Shown here piece by piece: positions 1 to 11,785 of a stretch of 64,000 bases of DNA; positions within the stretch are counted from its first letter, which is position 1, and each line of letters begins with the position of its first letter. Below the pieces are notes generated by a model. That model worked only from the letters and a program-made list of their open reading frames with translations, ran no database searches and was not told the DNA's origin. Source of the stretch: Glycera tridactyla. Its lineage: Eukaryota. The stretch lies in contig OZ286459.1 in the NCBI GenBank assembly GCA_965644265.1, forward strand, positions 117,676,001 through 117,740,000, in the 5' to 3' direction. Position numbers and translations under genes: made by a program.

Positions 1-942
1 CTTTGAAATATATTTCCGAGAGTCGACATTGGAGGGCAGTTGCTAGCCCTCTGCCTCGGAGGGGTATGAGGTGCTAGGGATATGAAGATTGGCAACCTCT
101 TTCCCCTGACTTGTATTCCTACTTCCTCAGTGGCATGATGATTGCGACCCTAGAACGCAAGCAGGATGTTATTTTTGTGTCCCTGCCTATGAAATTATGT
201 AAATACGCAAGTTCTTTTTGCGTTAACACAATCACTGGGCTTGAGGATGACAATTTATCAATGAACACGTTGGTTGAATATTCTCTGAACTGAATGCATC
301 GTCTGGTTTCAAGTACTGCGCTCCATTTGGAAATCCTCTGGCCTTGATAGTCACCCAGCCATCAAGTAGCCCAAACATTGATGTCCACTCCCTTCACTTC
401 CCATCATATATCCTCAAAGGCAGCCCCGTGTGTCACCATGTCAGAGGCCCCGTTCACTTTGTGCAGGACAGATGTGCTATGGTGCCTTCAAAGTCTATTG
501 GATTGTCTTTTACTGCCTTTATGGACAAATTGGATCAAGGATATCATGTTGAATATTATTTTTTGGGCATTCCCGGTCTGAAAAAATTAGCCTCTCTGAT
601 ATTGAACAGAATCATGAAGATTTTGAGAAAAAATTTAGTTTTTAGAACGGAGGAAAAATTGTCTTAGCGTCAGGGTGTGATATGATGCATTCATTTTTAA
701 TGAAGGGGAACTCTTGTGTCAGATGTGGGGTTGAGGCAGTGGCACCACAAGTTGATAGCTGTGTCCCTTCACCAACTGTATTTTGATGAGATAAGCAGAC
801 CAAAGACCAAAGTGACTGGGTATGAAACTTTTTTATGTGGGGTGTCACGCGGCTTGGCATGGTCCAGCATAGTCATTTCATTGATTTGTTGGCCTTACCA
901 CCTGTGACCATCACAGTATCTTCCTCAACCACTAAAACAGCC

Positions 943-1245
943 AAATGGTGGCCTCTGATTGATCGACCGGTTTCCGCTCATCATCTCATGAAGTTTTCGT
1001 CGCAGCCATCCCATATTAGGACTGTCAACTCATCCAAGTAACCTTCGGAAGTGGGCAGCTTACCATCATGCTTCGAATGATTTTCCCCAAATGGTGGCCT
1101 CTGATTAGTTTCCACTCATTATATCCTGGAGTTTCCATCGCATCCCTCCCATATCAGGACTGTCAACTTATCCAAGTGAACCTCAAGTGTTATCAGTGTA
1201 CCATCATGCTTGAGTGATTTCCCATCAAATGGTGGCCTCTGATAA
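943..1245. repeat. ~140-bp degenerate tandem repeat (2.1 units)
   Basis: AAATGGTGGCCTCTGAT at 943, 1089 and 1227; CCCATAT(T/C)AGGACTGTCAACT and TACCATCATGCTT are repeated. Confidence 0.85.
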
Positions 1246-2175
1246 TTTCATGCAGAAGCATAATCTCGTGTCTGATGTCCCGCAGTCAGCGTGGGACATC
1301 GCTACACTGGGTGTTTGTTCTATTTTGTATTATTTCTCATATTTAGATGTTGAGTGTCATGGAGAATGTATCTCTGACTGAATATAGCGAGGAGAGGTAT
1401 GAGTAAAATGTCATGTGCCTCTTTGCAGTGCTACCCCTGAATTCAGCAATGAGAAATATAAGTAAAATGTCGTCAAAGATGCGCTTCCCATTGCCACTCT
1501 TTTCATTCACCATAAAATCAAGTTCAGTCAAATCTGCGTATTACACAATTCGTTAGAGTGCACATCCATGCTACCATCTATAGCCCAGTTGTACAGGGTG
1601 GAGGTGTTTCTGATGTTTGTTATGCGGGGTCAGTGCATGGAACGTCATCGATGTCATATTGAGAAATCTATACACGCGAGCAATGCCAACGCTTTAGCAT
1701 GCTAATGCGTTAGCATTCTGAGAGTTGAATATTCAAGCCAATGAACGGTCTCCATGTCCAAAATGGACCAATCATGTAAGCGTGAGTATTTGCACGTTCC
1801 TGAAAAGTCACACGTGCACCCACGGATGTGTGGAAAACTTTCGTTGAAACCGAGCGTGTAGACAAGATATTTTGCTAATATGTTAGAATTCTACGTGACA
1901 ATTCTAATGCGTTAGAATGCTGACGCGTCAGCACGTTAACACGTTATTAGCATATTCAAATTTCCTGTTATTATGCTAATTCATGCATTGGCCCATTCAG
2001 TCTTGCTACCTAATACCCCAATGAGCATGAACCATTGAGGCCAATGTCAACGTCAATCATCATCATATCATCGAAATCCATCCGCCCATGCATCCATCCA
2101 TTCATCCACGTATACCTCCTACCCCCCCCCCCCCCTACATCCATCCATCTATTCATCCTCCTTCCGTGCATCCCT

Positions 2176-2517
2176 NNNNNNNNNNNNNNNNNNNNNNNNN
2201 NNNNNNNNNNNNNNNNNNNNNNNNNNNNNNNNNNNNNNNNNNNNNNNNNNNNNNNNNNNNNNNNNNNNNNNNNNNNNNNNNNNNNNNNNNNNNNNNNNNN
2301 NNNNNNNNNNNNNNNNNNNNNNNNNNNNNNNNNNNNNNNNNNNNNNNNNNNNNNNNNNNNNNNNNNNNNNNNNNNNNNNNNNNNNNNNNNNNNNNNNNNN
2401 NNNNNNNNNNNNNNNNNNNNNNNNNNNNNNNNNNNNNNNNNNNNNNNNNNNNNNNNNNNNNNNNNNNNNNNNNNNNNNNNNNNNNNNNNNNNNNNNNNNN
2501 NNNNNNNNNNNNNNNNN
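2176..2517. other. N run (gap or masked low-complexity sequence); others 4295-4430, 9629-9760, 37455-37587, 46666-46955, 53812-53960, 58205-58457
   Basis: Direct read. Several of these runs are flanked by simple repeats. Confidence 0.99.
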
Positions 2518-2995
2518 GCCACGACCACCAGCCACACCACCACCAACACCATCAGGAAAACCACCACCACTACCACCGCCACAAGCACCAGCCCCATCCA
2601 AACTTTCCAACCAACCCACCCATCCACCCGACCAACCAACCATTCACCCAACCTATCAACTATCCAATCATCCAAAAAACCAACCAATAATGGCTGCCTG
2701 GATGGGTGGTTGGTTGATTGGTTGGGTGTTCGATTAGTTTGATGGATAGTTGATTTAAAAGGAGTCCTCAAAATTGTGAAGATGATTGATCACATCTACG
2801 GCTCGTCGCCGCAGCGTTGTGACATATGAGTTTCACAGTTTGGCACATGGTCGTTATCCAGCCCATCTTTATGAATGGCATCCCACAAGCAGCCAGTACA
2901 ACAAACTGACGATAGCAGGCTAACCCATTCACAGTTTGCACGCATACTCTAGATTTGTCAGGTACCTGAACGTGAAGGGTGGACAACCTGGAGCT

Positions 2996-3240
2996 TTCTT
3001 GTCCGTCTGTCTGTCTCTCTGTCCATCATATATCTGTCCGTCAGTCAGTCAGTCCGTCCGTCCACCCGTCCGTATGTCCGTCTGTCTGTCCATCTGAAAT
3101 TGACTAGAGCTGATTTGCCCAGTCATTGTACTTGAAAATGGTAGTTTGCCAAGAAATTCAACCCGGAATGGATATTCCAACCAGTTCCCCAAAATTGGAC
3201 TCGATATCTCGGGATCTACTGATCCAATTTACTAATCCTT
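2996..3240. mobile_element. Helentron/DINE-1-like non-autonomous element fragment
   Basis: (GTCY)n microsatellite block at 3001-3093 followed by a unique core; (GTCY)n is characteristic of this class. Confidence 0.4.
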
Positions 3241-4809
3241 TTTTTTTTCTTTTTCTTAATTAGGACAAGATATCAACAATGAACACAAACTATCAGCTGT
3301 TTGGACATGATGAAGGTCAGGCTGGTTTTGGTTGGTTCTGGTTTAACGTCACGTCAGCACCATCTGGGCTATATTGTGACGCCCATGCAATGGGCATGGG
3401 TGGGATCTTCCAAGTCTGGACAGTCCGCCACACAAGTTATGATTCGAAAAAGCGATGCATTATATACTACTATTCCAAACACTACTATTCCGAACTCGAT
3501 ACAGCCCTTTCCAGATGTAGTACAATCTAGTGTGATACATAATTGACTATCTTTGAAGAGACGTCGATTATCCACTGGTCAGCCATGCACACGCTTCCCA
3601 CCACCGCATGCGTTGTGTGCGTGAATGTGTTGAGTATGGGGAGATGGAGGGAGGGGGGGGGGGGACAAGCACTGGTGCCGCTAACGGTCATGTTTGCACT
3701 TGTCCTGGGTCTTGGTCTGCGTCGTTAAACCAATACATAACACTCGGCTAAGAAGAAATCCGCTTTTGCCTGCACTGAACACCATGAATATTGTCGGGAT
3801 AAGACGGAGTCAGCTCATGGCCTGTACCGGTGACCAGCATTAATCAGTCATAGAATAGTCTCACCAAGGTAAGTCATTAGTACATTACTTGAGGAATCCA
3901 ACGCCAGTGAAATTATCACAGTCCAGGAGTTGTATCTGCGCCAAAGACTGACTTCCGATACGGAGATCAACTTCATATGAAGGCAACTCCTTGACGTGAA
4001 TATTGTGGTAATTTGCTCCTCTAGCTATCCCCGCACTGAGGTCACCTGTCAGAGGAGGCCATATTTCTACGCGTCAGTTGGTTTCCTTGAACTGGTTCGA
4101 CTGTATATGGAGCCTCTTGGACATCGTGATACTGATACGTTACTACATCGGAACGGATATAACATGGGATATCCTTGTTGCGAAGCATAACACGTCAGTC
4201 ATATAATTCACGCCATGCTCACTGGATGAATATATCCCACCCGACACACGCATGCGAACATGTGTATTGATTGAGTATTCCATAACGTCTTCAANNNNNN
4301 NNNNNNNNNNNNNNNNNNNNNNNNNNNNNNNNNNNNNNNNNNNNNNNNNNNNNNNNNNNNNNNNNNNNNNNNNNNNNNNNNNNNNNNNNNNNNNNNNNNN
4401 NNNNNNNNNNNNNNNNNNNNNNNNNNNNNNCGCGCAAACACAGCCTCATTTCCATGATTTTAAACTCCAACTTGGGAAACCTTGAAATATCGAATCCCAT
4501 CAGTTCCATTGGATCTTACAATACATGAACCCTGCCTATTTGCAAATTTTGGGCATCTATTTCATGGAGGAGGAGGGGGGGGGGGGGAACCTTCAGTCCG
4601 AGGTTATGTGAGGCCAAAACGTCAAAAAATCAATGTCATGGATTTGCTCGAGAAGTGTTACAGTAAATCCACGCATAGGATGTTTATTCAGGATGTACCA
4701 GCCTGAACTCTTTGAGTTTTTTGCTTGACCAGGTTGAACCAGATGGCGGTGTAGTGCGAATTGACCAATGAAGTGATTAATATGATATGACGCCACGCAC
4801 AGGGAAAAT

Positions 4810-5115
4810 AGTTGTAATGATGATGATAATAATAATAATAATAATGATAATAGTAATGATAATAATGATATTAATAATAATAATGATAATAGTAGTAATG
4901 ATAATAATAATCATGATAATCATAATAATGATATTATTGATAATGATGATATCAACAATGCTGGCAAACAATGATGATACTATCATCATAAATTATAATC
5001 ATAATGATAATATTGATAATGATGATATCAACAATGCTGGCAAACAATGATGATACTATCATCATAAATTATAATCATAATGATAATATCAATAATGATA
5101 ATAATAACAAAAATG

Positions 5116-5151
<36 letters not shown>

Positions 5152-5215
5152 GTAATAATGATAATAGTAGTAATGATGATGGTGATGATGATGGTGGTGA
5201 TGACGATTATGTTGA
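4810..5215. repeat. (ATA/ATG)n trinucleotide microsatellite with an internal ~70-bp duplication
   Basis: Visible ATA/ATG runs. GATATCAACAATGCTGGCAAACAATGATGATACTATCATCATAAATTATAATCATAATGATAAT occurs twice. Confidence 0.95.
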
Positions 5216-5296
5216 TTGCATGATGTTGATTTTTTTACATTTCCAGTGACATAATACCCCGCCAACAAGCATCCCTAAGGAGGCAGGAGTGACGGG

Positions 5297-5573
5297 ATGT
5301 TCCCCAGAAATTCGTCCAAACTCGTGGCGGCAGCTTTTGTGGTAGTCAGTCTGACACTGGTGGTAGTAGAATGGACGAATTCACGAAATGCCGCTCACAA
5401 CAGATGCCCTGATACGCATTACACACCCAAGGAATTATCGCACGCTCTGGAACAGGAAGAAAATGACACGTGTAACTGCACAAAGACTACGCCGACCCCG
5501 GCAATCAGCGAAAAGAAATACATGCGGAGGTTCCCTCAGGCACTCATCATCGGGGCACAAAAGTGCGGAACAG
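5297..5573 (+). CDS. Heparan sulfate glucosamine 3-O-sulfotransferase-like gene, coding exon 1 (join 5297-5573,6840-7054,7707-8219; 334 aa)
   Basis: Type II TM anchor (LVAAAFVVVSLTLVVV), stem, then RRFPQALIIGAQKCGT (5'-PSB loop). Phase-1 donor CAG|GTGAG at 5573/5574. An upstream acceptor TTTCCAG at 5246 implies a non-coding 5' exon. Confidence 0.9.
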
Positions 5574-6105
5574 GTGAGAAGCCGTGAATTCCTGTCACCG
5601 ATGCCTCGAATGATTGATTGGTTGATTGGGTACTGCTTGATGTCTCTTCAACCCTGACTGTGTTATACGAGCCTGAAGGAATGGAATTCCCTCAGGCATT
5701 CATCATCGGGGCACAAGAATACGGAGCTGGTGGGAAGCCATATGCACTCTTGAAACCGATGCCCCGAATAATTGATTGATTGGGTAATGATTGATGTCTC
5801 GCAAACACTGTCTCTTCGGAGTACAAGAATACGTAGCTGGTGGGAAGCCATGCACTCTTGAAACCGATGCTCCAATTGATTGATTGGTTGGGTACATAAT
5901 GTCTCTTCAACCTAGACATGGTTATATGAGACTGAAAGAATGAGGTTCTCTCAGGCCCCCATCACCGGGACACAAAAGTACGGAATATGTATGCAGCCAT
6001 ATATTATTCAAAACAATGCCCCGAATGCTTGATTGATTGATCGATTGGGTGATGCTTAATATCTCTTCAACTCATACAGGGTTATCTATGAGACAGAAGG
6101 AACGA
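5527..6105 (+). repeat. Degenerate ~156-bp tandem array made of the HS3ST-like exon-1 end, donor and intron start (about 4 units)
   Basis: TTCCCTCAGGCA(C/T)TCATCATCGGGGCACAA at 5531 and 5687, partial unit near 5817, degenerate TTCTCTCAGGCCCCCATCACCGGGACACAAAAG at 5945. Each unit has a GATT/GGTT run and TCTCTTCAAC. Confidence 0.85.
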
Positions 6106-6839
6106 GTCACTTCTCCAATATATTGTTCGGACAGTAAAAAGTATTGTAAAAGAGTATTCGCTGGCCACTTGCATTCTTGCAATTTGTTTGTGGAGAAAAA
6201 AGTATTCCTGTTGGGAAATGTTTTCCTACTCTTTGCGAAGGAGAGTCTTCCATTAGCATGTACTATTGACACAATCACACGTGCCGAGTCCTTGATAAAC
6301 CAGTCACTGGCACTGGATAATGTCCCCGATATAAGCGCTACATCATTTCATCAAGTTGCTGATAACGCCAGAACCTTAATCCTTGTTAAAGTAACATCAT
6401 ACACAGGAGATTCAGATAGGATGTACCAACCTAAACTCCTTGATTATGATGATGATGCGCTTGTTTATGGTGCACTTTGTAGAAAAGCATGTTTACACCT
6501 GCAGCCCACACCCACAAACGTGTTGCAGATTCATGAATGACAGTCCGGATAGGTACACCTCTACAGAAACATATAGCCGTGGAAGATAAATTCATTTAGT
6601 CCCCTTGATATCTTATTGAGCTATTCAGTGACCTAAATAAATAAAAAAGCAGGTACAAGTACCGTACACTTGATTACCACATACTTGCGACAGATACTAG
6701 CAACTGCCTCCCCAGACCACATGTTTGAATTTCTTAGAGGTAGTCCTGCCCCCTTAAGGCTTATTCTTTGCAGTGGTACGTTCGCTGTTCATGATAACCC
6801 TAGCGCAATTTCAGCATGCAGTTACTCTCATGCTTTCAG

Positions 6840-7054
6840 CCTCCCTGGAGAACTTCCTGGAAGAAAACCAATATTTTAGGAGCCCCTTTTACGAGGTGGA
6901 CTTCTTCAACGAGGAGAGTAATTATGAGCGTGGTCTGGACTGGTACAAGTCCCGGATGCCGACCAGCTGGCCCCGTCAAGTGACCGTCGAGAGATCCCCC
7001 AACTACATGCTGTCGTCCATCGTGCCTGCACGCATCTATGACCACAATCCAGCG
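6840..7054 (+). CDS. HS3ST-like gene, coding exon 2
   Basis: Acceptor CTTTCAG at 6839. Encodes ASLENFLEENQYFRSPFYEVDFFNEESNYERGLDWYKSRMPTSWPRQVTVERSPNY...IYDHNPA, spacing-exact to HS3ST EVHFFD/GLxWY/EKTPxY. Donor GCG|GTGAGT; phases consistent (215 nt). Confidence 0.9.
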
Positions 7055-7706
7055 GTGAGTCTTAATACCAAAATCCACATAATCCTTTATTTTTCATACA
7101 ACAGAGAGACGGAGCCCGATGTAGCCTATGCGTAGCTTCTCTATTTTCTTTTTGGAAAGATTATGAACTGGGGATCAAATGAAAAATACCCAACTTTCTC
7201 ATCATATCCTTTCAATCTCCCTGGATCATATTCATCTCATTGTGTTGAATAATGGAGTGATCACTCCCTTTGCAAATTTCACCAATGGCTATTTGTATGT
7301 AAGACTTAATAACACATGGATTGTCTTTTATATCCTAGTCATTGTGCACTGAGATAGAATGCATATGTGATTCACATTTGCCTGATTTTTTCGATTCATG
7401 CTAATGATCAAATACATCTGTTGATTTAACTTCACAAAAAGTCATGTACTTACTACACTCCTCATTACCGTGTGCTGGATTTCTACAACCAAGTAAGACA
7501 GGGGATGACTGTAAGATTTGAAATAGTATATTCACACAAACCACAGACAATAAGTCACATAACACCGACATACACTGGTTTGCCCTGTGTACTTATGAAT
7601 CTCTCCAGCCTAATTGTCGACAGAACTACTGTGGAGAAGAAGGCAGCCTGACATGATACCTTTTCACTCAGTCCTAATAATCGTTGATGCTGTTTTGTTT
7701 TTGCAG

Positions 7707-8219
7707 ATGAAGCTGATAGTCCTGCTGAGACATCCCACAACAAGGCTGATTTCTGGCTATACCCACTTCCACGTGAAACCTGGTACCGCAGAATACACAC
7801 ACAGACTGGAAGACCTCGCCATAGATGAACACACCGGAAGTCTAAACGCGTCATACAGTCATGTGGCAGCGGGTATATATCACAGAATCCTTCGCCAATG
7901 GCTGCACTACTTTCCGCGTAAACAGATGCTTGTACTCGACGGCGAAGAGCTCATACGTGACCCGTACACTGTCGTCAACAAAGTTGAACAATTTCTAGGC
8001 TTCCCCGAGCACATCCAAAGTAAATACTACGTGTACGACACAGAGAAAAAATTCTATTGTCGGTGGAAACGCGGACAGGTCAAATGTATGGGTGATAATA
8101 AGGGGAGAGAACATGCGACAGTGTCGCAAGAGTTCATTGATATATCAGATAAGTTCTATGCTCCGCATAATAGGGAACTGGTTGTCTTGCTTGGGCAAAC
8201 ATTCTCATGGATTAAATAG
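7707..8219 (+). CDS. HS3ST-like gene, coding exon 3
   Basis: Acceptor TTTTGCAG at 7706. Encodes MKLIVLLRHPTTRLISGY (3'-PB motif), LDGEELIRDP, FYC...CMGDNKGREH, FYAPHNRELVVLLGQTFSW, stop TAG 8217-8219. AATAAA about 35 nt downstream. Confidence 0.92.
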   Translation: MKLIVLLRHPTTRLISGYTHFHVKPGTAEYTHRLEDLAIDEHTGSLNASYSHVAAGIYHRILRQWLHYFPRKQMLVLDGEELIRDPYTVVNKVEQFLGFPEHIQSKYYVYDTEKKFYCRWKRGQVKCMGDNKGREHATVSQEFIDISDKFYAPHNRELVVLLGQTFSWIK

Positions 8220-8331
8220 CAACCATTCAGATTAAAGTGGTTCACTCAGCTCAATAAATAACATGTATCGTTTCTGAATAATGTGGGTATGTACTATGCG
8301 CGTGTGTGTGTTGAATGTATTTTGTGTAAAT

Positions 8332-8333
<2 letters not shown>

Positions 8334-8399
<66 letters not shown>
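8334..8399. repeat. (GT)n microsatellite
   Basis: Direct read. Others: (TA)n about 28315-28350 and 50684-50740, (GT)n 52562-52628, (CA)n 58112-58204, (GGTA/GGTG)n 52850-52990. Confidence 0.98.
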
Positions 8400-8400
<1 letters not shown>

Positions 8401-11388
8401 ATTTCGTGGACCTGTTGCCCGTGCATGAAATAATTCAAAAAAAGTGTGTGTGGGGGGGGGGGGGGGAGTTTGTGTGTGCCAATATATAGGCCATCTGTCT
8501 CCAATGACCAATACTTCACACAACCATGGGATTCCTTTGCAGACAGGTTTGGCTTGTGCATTGACAAAGTGCACTGCTTTCAAAATAAAGAATCCTTCCT
8601 ATCAATATCAGTATCAATCGAGCATCTTCGAATCCTTGTTATTCCAGTATATCCGAACAAATGACCTTCAACGTGATATGTTGCGTTTCTCCAGGGGAAC
8701 GTCCTATTGTGAGCCCACGGTATCTGCCTGGGTTTTTGTCTTCTCTTGGTTGATCATCATATCTATTATCTGTACAATTTGCGTTATCACAATTTGCCAA
8801 TGTCTTATTTGGACAAAATTTCACATGGACCGAGTTTCTCCATACTTCCAGCCAATAGTCTGTATGTGGAGATTGCTATCGAACTGGATGTATTCTATGG
8901 AACTGGCTGTTATCATCGATCCTCGAGCTGATGGTCGAACTGGAGGATAAGTACCTCCATTTTTGGAAAATGGTACAAACTTCAATCACAGGTAGAATGG
9001 TGTGCTTTACATAGATTTGATCACTAGAAAGATCCGAGCCCCCCCCCCCCCCCCAGGCTTCGACAGTGGTACGAGGCTGAAATGTCATATATCAGTCAAT
9101 ACAGTCAAATGAACAACAAAAAGGTATTATATTTTGTAGATATAAATCTCTCATATGAGAATACTCGCACTTGGGGATCCTTTTACTGCGAGTCATAGGT
9201 CAACTCCATTCCCTTCTGTACCCACGGCGTCAAGAACCGGGGTGGACAAGAGGCGCATTACATTTTAGAAAGAAGAGATGGACATCGTTTCCGTGATCAG
9301 ACATGTGAGTCTCTGCATATAATGAGGATAATATGATGATGTCCATCACATCGATAGCAACCTGAGTATCTCCTATGCTACTCAACTCCAGCGGGCATCT
9401 CACATGCATCTGCTTTTGTTTATTTGTTTTGTTGGGGGTTTAACGTCACGTCAGCTCCATCTGGGCTATATTGACTGGCACAACCATGCAACAGTACACG
9501 GATGGTTCATGCCCGCAAAACGAGGTTATATACTCAGTGTTGAACGGCCAATAAATCTCACATGAGGCAACACGAGATGGCGCTTCTTGCGTGAGTTGCC
9601 TCGTGTCATGATACTTCCAATCTCCGATNNNNNNNNNNNNNNNNNNNNNNNNNNNNNNNNNNNNNNNNNNNNNNNNNNNNNNNNNNNNNNNNNNNNNNNN
9701 NNNNNNNNNNNNNNNNNNNNNNNNNNNNNNNNNNNNNNNNNNNNNNNNNNNNNNNNNNNNTGTCAGTGGCCAATTCTGCCTTCGATCTGTTCTGCCGCAA
9801 ATATCACTGGCATTGCTACGGTTATGTCCTTTGCCTCTTGGAGATCTTTCGCTGTTCGTTCTTAAATTTCATGGATTGCTATCGCTTACTAGATCCAAAC
9901 AGAGAAGTAAATTGAATGATCCCACCCAGGTCCTTCACATATGCATTGAATATAGCCTTGTTAGACCCAAGGAGTCCAAAGCAATCAATCAGGTTGAAGC
10001 TCATTGAATTATGAAGCCCATGACTGGGGCATACTTCGAAACCTACAAGATTCTGTGCTTCGTTTTGAGTCCATTGGGTCTATGACCCAGTTGTCTATCC
10101 GTCTTCCGTCAAGTGCCTCGACAACCAATCATCTATCCAATTACATCTAGAGAGAAATATCCAAATTCCTGATCTCGCAATATTAGGACAATTACCAGTG
10201 AGCTTTGAATGTGAACTTCGATTCGAAAATTCTACTTCTGGGTCGACGACGATATGAAAATCTCAGATATTCCAAGTTCATTCATCAGCAGGGAATCTCA
10301 CAGAGTCCCTATATAGCTAATCCATATAGTGAGATTTGTTGATATTCCTTTATTCGCAGCACGTGACTGGAATTAATCATTCCCCTGGGAGACACTGTCT
10401 TGTTCTTTATGTAAACGCATATACTCAGTGTTTTTCCAGAGTAGGAGGCTTTAACCATGTACACTGAGAGTCAAAACATTCCCAGTGTGGGAATAGATCA
10501 CTGGGCATGTCTCGACTGTTGTATACAGATCATGAATGGGGCTCTTGCTTGCATAAATGTTGTTCAAAAGTGTTGAGAGATTTGTAAGGTGAATGTAATT
10601 ATATTGAATTGCAAACCTCCCCCATTGTAACCACACTTTGAGAAAACAGTTTCGATGGGCATCACCAGTTTTATCCCACGAGGAATGTCATAATTGATGG
10701 AACATGCGCATGGGTGAAAGTGTACATCTCCTACTCTTGCACGTGCCTCTCTCACTGAGCCACCTATTTCACACGACCACATTATGTTTTTTGTCTATCT
10801 TTAAGAGTGCGCAAATAAGATAAAAAATGTAAAAGAATGACTTTCGTCTAATAGCACTGATCCAAAGATCGTTGGCGCGAGGGACAACCATGGAAGTAAC
10901 ATTCCTATATGTGATGTGTGACTATATACATCGCCCCAGAATGGGATTCAGTGATTCAGGATGGGAGTGCATGATAGACTACGTTAAATACAGCACACCA
11001 CCAGTGAGTGACACCGAGACCATAGCTCCAGAGTTCTCTTGTCACAAGGACCTCTCCATCACTTAGTTGACTTCAGCAGACTGCTGTCCCACATATCTTC
11101 ACTGCACGCTGTTCACTCTGCTTAGTGTACAACCAGTATGGGGCCGCTTGGGATTAGCCATCTCCCAGTTCAATCCCAGTTTGTTTGTTTGTCTGTTTGA
11201 AAAACTGAAAATGCTGAAGAGGAGAGGCACCACCGCTGGGGACCGTCCCCCCTCTGCGAAAGACAGCAGTGCCTCTATTACGTGCATAAAGGAAGAGACT
11301 CCTATACACACGGACCTTACCTTCCATTAGAGGAGGTAAACCTTTTCAACATTCTCACAAATCACCAAAAATCAATTTTGTGGCCAAT

Positions 11389-11527
11389 CTTGCATTGCTG
11401 TGAGTTCTTGGTATAAAATATGAAATACAGAGAACTTGTACCCATGGTATGTCCACCGTTATGAATGATGCCAATCTTCAATTGCCGTGAGTTCTTGGTA
11501 TAAAATACAGAGAACTCGTACCCATGA
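11389..11527. repeat. Short (~85-bp period) tandem duplication downstream of the ENaC stop
   Basis: GTGAGTTCTTGGTATAAAATA...CAGAGAACT(T/C)GTACCCATG occurs twice. Confidence 0.8.
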
Positions 11528-11785
11528 AATGCCAATCAGATGAGGAATGATGAAGGCCAGTGTATGAAAGGTGGGTTCGGAATCGACGTACTCGCACTGT
11601 TCGGAACAAAGAACAGAAGCGATGTCCGTATGTGAACCTGATTACTGTCTCTCATTAGTTCACTTTTCAAAAATCCTAGAAACATAGATTTCCAGAGGAA
11701 TGGAAAATGTGACATGCCTCAATCAGTCAGGCATGGGAGCGGAATCCATTGTCACACATTCAGGGTGTTTACTAGGTATTCACGA

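Noticed and set aside
2010-2771. Several long ORFs across the first N run
   Set aside because: They are artefacts of Ns and CCA/CCAT simple repeats. The same applies to ORFs over the other N runs and the microsatellites at 4777-5249, 8251-8583, 47341-47541 and 58013-58520.
8444-8950. 168-aa ORF with a hydrophobic stretch
   Set aside because: It starts in a poly-G/GT repeat with no recognisable domain or splice context.
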